In this document: positions 44,214 to 48,329 of the stretch, piece by piece
Numbering within the stretch: position 1 is the stretch's first letter
Layout of the letters: each line of letters starts with the position of its first letter
Assembly (NCBI GenBank): GCA_002422125.1
Contig: DITF01000082.1
Location: 1 to 48,329 of the forward strand
DNA from: a bacterium UBP17_UBA6191
Lineage (GTDB): Bacteria > Muiribacteriota > UBA6191
Direction: 5' to 3'
DNA length: 48,329 bases
Program-made: the position numbers and the translations under genes
Notes under the pieces: model-generated
The model's database searches: none
Seen by the model: only the letters and a program-made list of their open reading frames with translations
What the model was told of the DNA's origin: nothing

Positions 44214-46181
44214 ATGTCAGGATTTATGCTTCGCCTTACGCTGTTATTCTCGTTGACTGTGATGTCTGGTGCAGACGATCTATTCCCCGAAGAAAACTTT
44301 TTTCAGGGACTGGAATTAGGATCACAGAGTACCGATGAAAACTTTTTTTCAGGCGTGGCAGTTGCGCAATCAAGCACTGTTCGTCCAGAAAGCGAAGCAG
44401 AAACTGAAATTAGAAGTTATTGGTCCCGTATTAGTAATCAAAGCGGACAAAGGCCGACTCCTGACAGAATGTTAAGAGATTTGCAAGATAAGGTTCGTAC
44501 AACTGAGGGTAACGATGCTGAAGCACTTTACGAATTTAGTCGTGCATTAATGTATTGGTCCCGAGAACCAGCGTTTCGGTCTCAAATGTCCTCTATGAAT
44601 CGAATGGCAGGAATATATTTACAAAAGGCTATGGTGCTCACAGGCGATCAATCGGCTTTTGCTCTTAAGGCCAGATATTTTTATCAAAGGCAATTTGGCT
44701 CCAATCTTTCCCCGGAGCTGATTTTGGAGTTGGAACAGGCAGAGTCTGCGGCGGCTTCTGGGAATCTCACTGAGGCAGAGGGTGTTGTGCGCCGTTTAGC
44801 TCATCAGACCAGTTTTCGCGATCGACGGGTTTTGCGTCTGATGGAAGGCATTCTTCGCTCCAAAGCGACTTCAGAATCTGATCCTGAGAAGGCGGCCAAT
44901 TTTACGGCAGAGGCCAATTTTATTGCCAGAAGCCTTGCAGAAACCGGGGCCGAAGAAGAGGCCATTATGGCTCAGATTGAAGATTCGCCTACCGGTCAAT
45001 CCCAGAGCCCCGCTACCGTAACCACCGATCAAAGGGCGGTGGATACGGCTATTGATCAGGCGTATCAACTGGATAAAACCAACAAACCAGGGGAAGCTTT
45101 AACCCTATTAAAGGAATTAAACAGAAATACTGGGTATCGTTCGGCCAAGGCTCGTTATTATCTTGGTCGGCAATTAATCCGTATGGCCAGACTGCCTGAG
45201 TTTCGTTCCCAGCAGGATGAGTTTTTAGCTCAGGGAAATCAGCATTTGACCGAGGCTAGAAATCTGCGTAGCCGACATTTGGAGCAGTTTCCAGACAATG
45301 CCCGGTTCGCAGAGGAATCGGAAAAATTGTATCGTGAAATTGACAGAATCAACCTAGCCAATGATCAGGAAAAAGCTGTAGATAATTTGATCGGCAAGGC
45401 ATTAGAGTTAAATGGCTTTAGCCAACGCCAAGAAGCTTTAGCGGAATTGAACCGAGCAGTTACTCTCTCGGAAAGAAAATGTGCCAAATCATTATATTTT
45501 TTAGGCAAGCAGCATATTCTTCTGAATAATCCGTCTCAGGCTAGAACCGAGCTTTTGGCCAGTAAGGCCTTGCGAACTCAACATTTAAATGTTTATACCC
45601 AAAATGAAGTGTGGGGCACTCATGCCGCTAATTTGTTGGATCAGATGACAGCCACGGCTGAGACTGCTCCGGTTCCCACGCCAACTCCAAGGCCTGATCC
45701 AGAAGTGACCCCCACTCCCGATCCAGCTCCTCAGGTTGTGGCCGATGGCTCAACTCAGACGCTTGTAAAACCTTTAAGCGGTTCCGTAACCTCTGCTTAT
45801 GGAATGAGAACCCATCCCATTCACAGAACTCAGAGGATGCACGGAGGCTTGGATATTGGAGCCAGACGGGGAACTCCCATCAAGGCTATGGCCAATGGAA
45901 AAATTATCCATGTGGGCTGGATTTCAGGTTATGGAAAAACTGTGAAAGTTCGTTATGATAATGGGTATGAATCCCTGTTTGCTCACATGCACAATTACAC
46001 TGGTCAAAGTGGCGAGTCCCGAGTGAATCAAAGGGTACGAGTTGGAGAATCTGTGGGGCAAGTTAATTCCACTGGTGGTTCCACTGGAGATCACCTGCAC
46101 CTTGAACTTAGGCGCAACGGAAACAGAATTAGTCCGGCTGAAGTTCTGGGCAAACAAAATCGCCGAGGGGAAACAATTTGA
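44214..46181 (+). CDS. Secreted M23-family (LytM-type) metallopeptidase with a long helical N-terminal region
   Basis: The C-terminal M23 domain carries HGGLDIGARRGTPIKAMANGKII, GYGKTVKVRYDNGYESLFAHM and GSTGGSTGDHLHLELRRNG. A Pro/Thr linker (PVPTPTPRPDPEVTPTPDP) precedes it. The N-terminal ~480 aa are helical with recurring A(K/E)xLY(Y/F)LG(R/K)Q... units. I prefer the ATG at 44214 (GGAGA 6 nt upstream) to the GTG at 44202. Confidence 0.85.
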   Translation: MSGFMLRLTLLFSLTVMSGADDLFPEENFFQGLELGSQSTDENFFSGVAVAQSSTVRPESEAETEIRSYWSRISNQSGQRPTPDRMLRDLQDKVRTTEGNDAEALYEFSRALMYWSREPAFRSQMSSMNRMAGIYLQKAMVLTGDQSAFALKARYFYQRQFGSNLSPELILELEQAESAAASGNLTEAEGVVRRLAHQTSFRDRRVLRLMEGILRSKATSESDPEKAANFTAEANFIARSLAETGAEEEAIMAQIEDSPTGQSQSPATVTTDQRAVDTAIDQAYQLDKTNKPGEALTLLKELNRNTGYRSAKARYYLGRQLIRMARLPEFRSQQDEFLAQGNQHLTEARNLRSRHLEQFPDNARFAEESEKLYREIDRINLANDQEKAVDNLIGKALELNGFSQRQEALAELNRAVTLSERKCAKSLYFLGKQHILLNNPSQARTELLASKALRTQHLNVYTQNEVWGTHAANLLDQMTATAETAPVPTPTPRPDPEVTPTPDPAPQVVADGSTQTLVKPLSGSVTSAYGMRTHPIHRTQRMHGGLDIGARRGTPIKAMANGKIIHVGWISGYGKTVKVRYDNGYESLFAHMHNYTGQSGESRVNQRVRVGESVGQVNSTGGSTGDHLHLELRRNGNRISPAEVLGKQNRRGETI

Positions 46182-47119
46182 TTTTGAGGTCGGTTTTCCT
46201 GAGGGCACTATTTTTAGTGCTTGGTTTTATTGGGACCAGCTTTTCCTGGGAGATTCCCTTTGGTGAGGGAATTGGCAAGTTGTCCAGCAGCGACGATAAT
46301 CAGGAGTCGTTTGACATAGGCTTGCCTTATTCCATTCTGGCGGAGGCAGGGCTTTTACATGTTCTTGATCCGATTCAGAAAAAGATCATGGTATTTGATG
46401 CCCAAGGTGTACTTTTGCATGAAGTTTCTTTGGATCTTGAAGAACTTAAGCCATATCACCCCATTCAGGCCATACAGCTCAGCTTGGGCTCCCGTTATTT
46501 TTTATTAAGTCGTAAAAATCAGGGAATGATTCTAATGGATCCGGCCAATGACCATATTAAGATTTTTCATTCGGAGAATCTGGTGAATCAGGAAATTTTG
46601 TATCCTAGTGATTTAAAGCGGTATCAGGGATTTTATTTTGTATCCGATCTTTTGGCCCAAAAGGCCTTAATTTACTCACGACTAGGTAATCTTTTGGGTC
46701 GGATCAAATATCCTGAGTCTCTTCAGATCGAGGCCTTTTCTCCAAATGAAGTGTTATGCCTTACGGAATCCAATAATAGAGCTCAGTTGGAACTTGTTTC
46801 CATGTCCACGGACAAGAGGATTTTTTATCGGCCCAAAGCTCATGATGGAGATGAATTTGTTTCACTTAAGCTGATTGGGCTTGATGTGTCGGGAAATGTT
46901 TATCTGGAAAGAATCAGCGGTAAAAAGCATGGACATGGCAAACACTTTGTTTTAAAAGTAAATCCATTGGGCCAGTTATTAAAAGAAGCTCGAGTTGAGG
47001 TAACCCCAGCCGATAGCTTTGAACTTGTATTTCGATTTGTTTTGGTTGCAGAAGACAAACTGTTTCAGCTTCATTTCAACAAAACAGCTCTATCAGTTAA
47101 AGGTATTCTTTTAAAGTAG
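46178..47119 (+). CDS. Hypothetical secreted protein, possibly beta-propeller-like
   Basis: 313 aa with a TTG start overlapping the M23 stop (TTGA) and a signal-like N-terminus. Segments such as LLHVLDPIQKKIMVFDAQGVLLHEV and FYFVSDLLAQKALIYSRLGNLLGRI resemble NHL-type blades. The assignment is weak. Confidence 0.45.
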   Translation: MILRSVFLRALFLVLGFIGTSFSWEIPFGEGIGKLSSSDDNQESFDIGLPYSILAEAGLLHVLDPIQKKIMVFDAQGVLLHEVSLDLEELKPYHPIQAIQLSLGSRYFLLSRKNQGMILMDPANDHIKIFHSENLVNQEILYPSDLKRYQGFYFVSDLLAQKALIYSRLGNLLGRIKYPESLQIEAFSPNEVLCLTESNNRAQLELVSMSTDKRIFYRPKAHDGDEFVSLKLIGLDVSGNVYLERISGKKHGHGKHFVLKVNPLGQLLKEARVEVTPADSFELVFRFVLVAEDKLFQLHFNKTALSVKGILLK

Positions 47120-48328
47120 CCTTTTTCGATATCCAAAATAGGATCTAAGATTCAGAAGCATGGCCAGTAGGGTATAGCTAAGACAACAGATAGATAAAAA
47201 CTGTAATCCGTAGTTATTGGAAATGAACCAGCCCATTAAAACAGGTGTAATAGAGGTGGCAATGACGGCCATAGCACTGGAAAGGGAGCGAATGGCCCCC
47301 AAATGTTGTAAACCATAACACTCGGCTAAGAATGCCGGGACCATGGAGGTACTAAGACCAATGCAGGCCCCACAGAAGAACATAAATAATTGCATGCCTA
47401 AAATTTCAGGAATTAAAACCAGAGCTAAAAAGCCTAAAAGCAGAGGTGAGAGGTAATAAGGCAATAGCTTAAGAGCAGTAAAGCGATCAATCAATGGACC
47501 CATCAAAAGGGAAAAAAGCAATCGTGCGATAGCAAAAAGCGTCATACACCAAGCCAGTTCGGTAAGAGCCCAATTGGCCTGAAGAAAAAATGCCTTGAGA
47601 TGAAAAAACATACCGGTTAACACTAAGGCAGGGGCCAGAGTTCCTGGAAGTAAAAGCCAGAAATTAATATCTTTAATGACTTGTTCTCTAGTCCAGTCAG
47701 GACCCAGCCTCAAATTGAACTCTTCTAATATTTCTTCATTGGGTAGTAGGGATTTAGTTTGGATGTATCTGAGGCTTAAATGTGTACCACCCAATACTAG
47801 CAATACAATCACAGCCAAGGTAATCCAAGTGGTCTGGGGACTGAATTGTTCCATCAAAATGATAATGACCCAGGGAAAAAAGGCCTCTCCCATAGTATGC
47901 CCCAAGCCACTTAAGGCCAGAGCCTTACCCCGGGACTTTAAAAAACAGGAGCTTAAATAAAGAACGGAGGTATGTACTAAAAGTCCAATGCTGAAAAATC
48001 TAAGCCCTAACAGCCCGAGTCCCAAAACAATCCAGTTTGGGCTTAATCCCATCAGCAGGCAGGAGCCACTGATACCCAAAATTCCAATCCACCCCAGCTT
48101 ATGTATGGACAGTTTATCACTTAAGGGCCCAAAGGCCATCAGAACAAAGGCTGACAATAAAGTGGCCAGAGAATAAAGCCCGCCAAAATAGAAGGCATTC
48201 AATTCAAACTGAACCTCGACCCACAAGCTAAAGAGGGCTACAAAATAGGTTTGACCATAGGCCGAAAAAAATCTGAGCCAGAATGCATATACAATCGGGA
48301 CAGGATGCTGTTTAAGTAGATCAATCAC
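47111..48328 (-). CDS. MFS-family transporter (N-terminus at or beyond the window edge)
   Basis: At least 405 aa with about 12 hydrophobic helices and a central loop (QTKSLLPNEEILEEFNLRLGPDWTREQ). The ORF runs to the last bases of the window, so the true start may lie outside. Confidence 0.65.
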   Translation of the reverse strand: MIDLLKQHPVPIVYAFWLRFFSAYGQTYFVALFSLWVEVQFELNAFYFGGLYSLATLLSAFVLMAFGPLSDKLSIHKLGWIGILGISGSCLLMGLSPNWIVLGLGLLGLRFFSIGLLVHTSVLYLSSCFLKSRGKALALSGLGHTMGEAFFPWVIIILMEQFSPQTTWITLAVIVLLVLGGTHLSLRYIQTKSLLPNEEILEEFNLRLGPDWTREQVIKDINFWLLLPGTLAPALVLTGMFFHLKAFFLQANWALTELAWCMTLFAIARLLFSLLMGPLIDRFTALKLLPYYLSPLLLGFLALVLIPEILGMQLFMFFCGACIGLSTSMVPAFLAECYGLQHLGAIRSLSSAMAVIATSITPVLMGWFISNNYGLQFLSICCLSYTLLAMLLNLRSYFGYRKRLL

Positions 48329-48329
48329 G

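Overview
This window is the chromosomal replication-origin neighbourhood of a moderately AT-rich Gram-negative bacterium. All calls come from reading the sequence and recognising motifs in the supplied translations; no searches were run.

Core block, minus strand: dnaA, a DUF370-like small ORF, gyrB and gyrA, followed by an FtsB-like protein, an orphan P-loop ATPase and a DASS transporter. Upstream of dnaA lies a 656-bp intergenic oriC. It carries at least five exact copies of the DnaA-box variant TTATTCACA, an AT-rich stretch and a near-perfect parS.

Next comes a long minus-strand operon: A24 prepilin peptidase, two tandem diverged full-length mnmG paralogs, a 428-aa orphan secreted protein, parA and parB. 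A perfect 16-bp parS (TGTTTCACGTGAAACA) sits just upstream of this operon. dnaN, recF and rsmG are absent from their usual positions.

The rest is largely envelope and secretome accessory content:
- a 1211-aa metzincin with a C-terminal dockerin-like module, next to a cohesin-like lipoprotein
- an Ig-like lipoprotein, mutY, and a dual cNMP-binding protein coupled to a 1702-aa TPR giant
- a TonB-dependent receptor, tcdA, a tatD-family gene and a di-haem cytochrome c peroxidase
- an M23 peptidase with a long helical N-terminus, and an MFS transporter

The most interesting locus is 32.9-39.4 kb. It opens with a self-contained promoter/terminator mini-transcript, followed by a poly-Gly lipoprotein. 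The main gene is a 1666-aa phage-tail-fibre-like surface fibre with three near-identical 213-bp coding repeats and a C-terminal six-bladed EAR/EPTP-like propeller. A G7 homopolymer 14 codons before its stop links it in the -1 frame to a start-less ORF encoding a tail-fibre-type C-terminal module. This could be phase variation, programmed frameshifting or a homopolymer sequencing error.

The gene content is reminiscent of Bdellovibrionota/Oligoflexia-like organisms, but that is inference only. I saw no rRNA, tRNA, CRISPR array, transposase or integrase.
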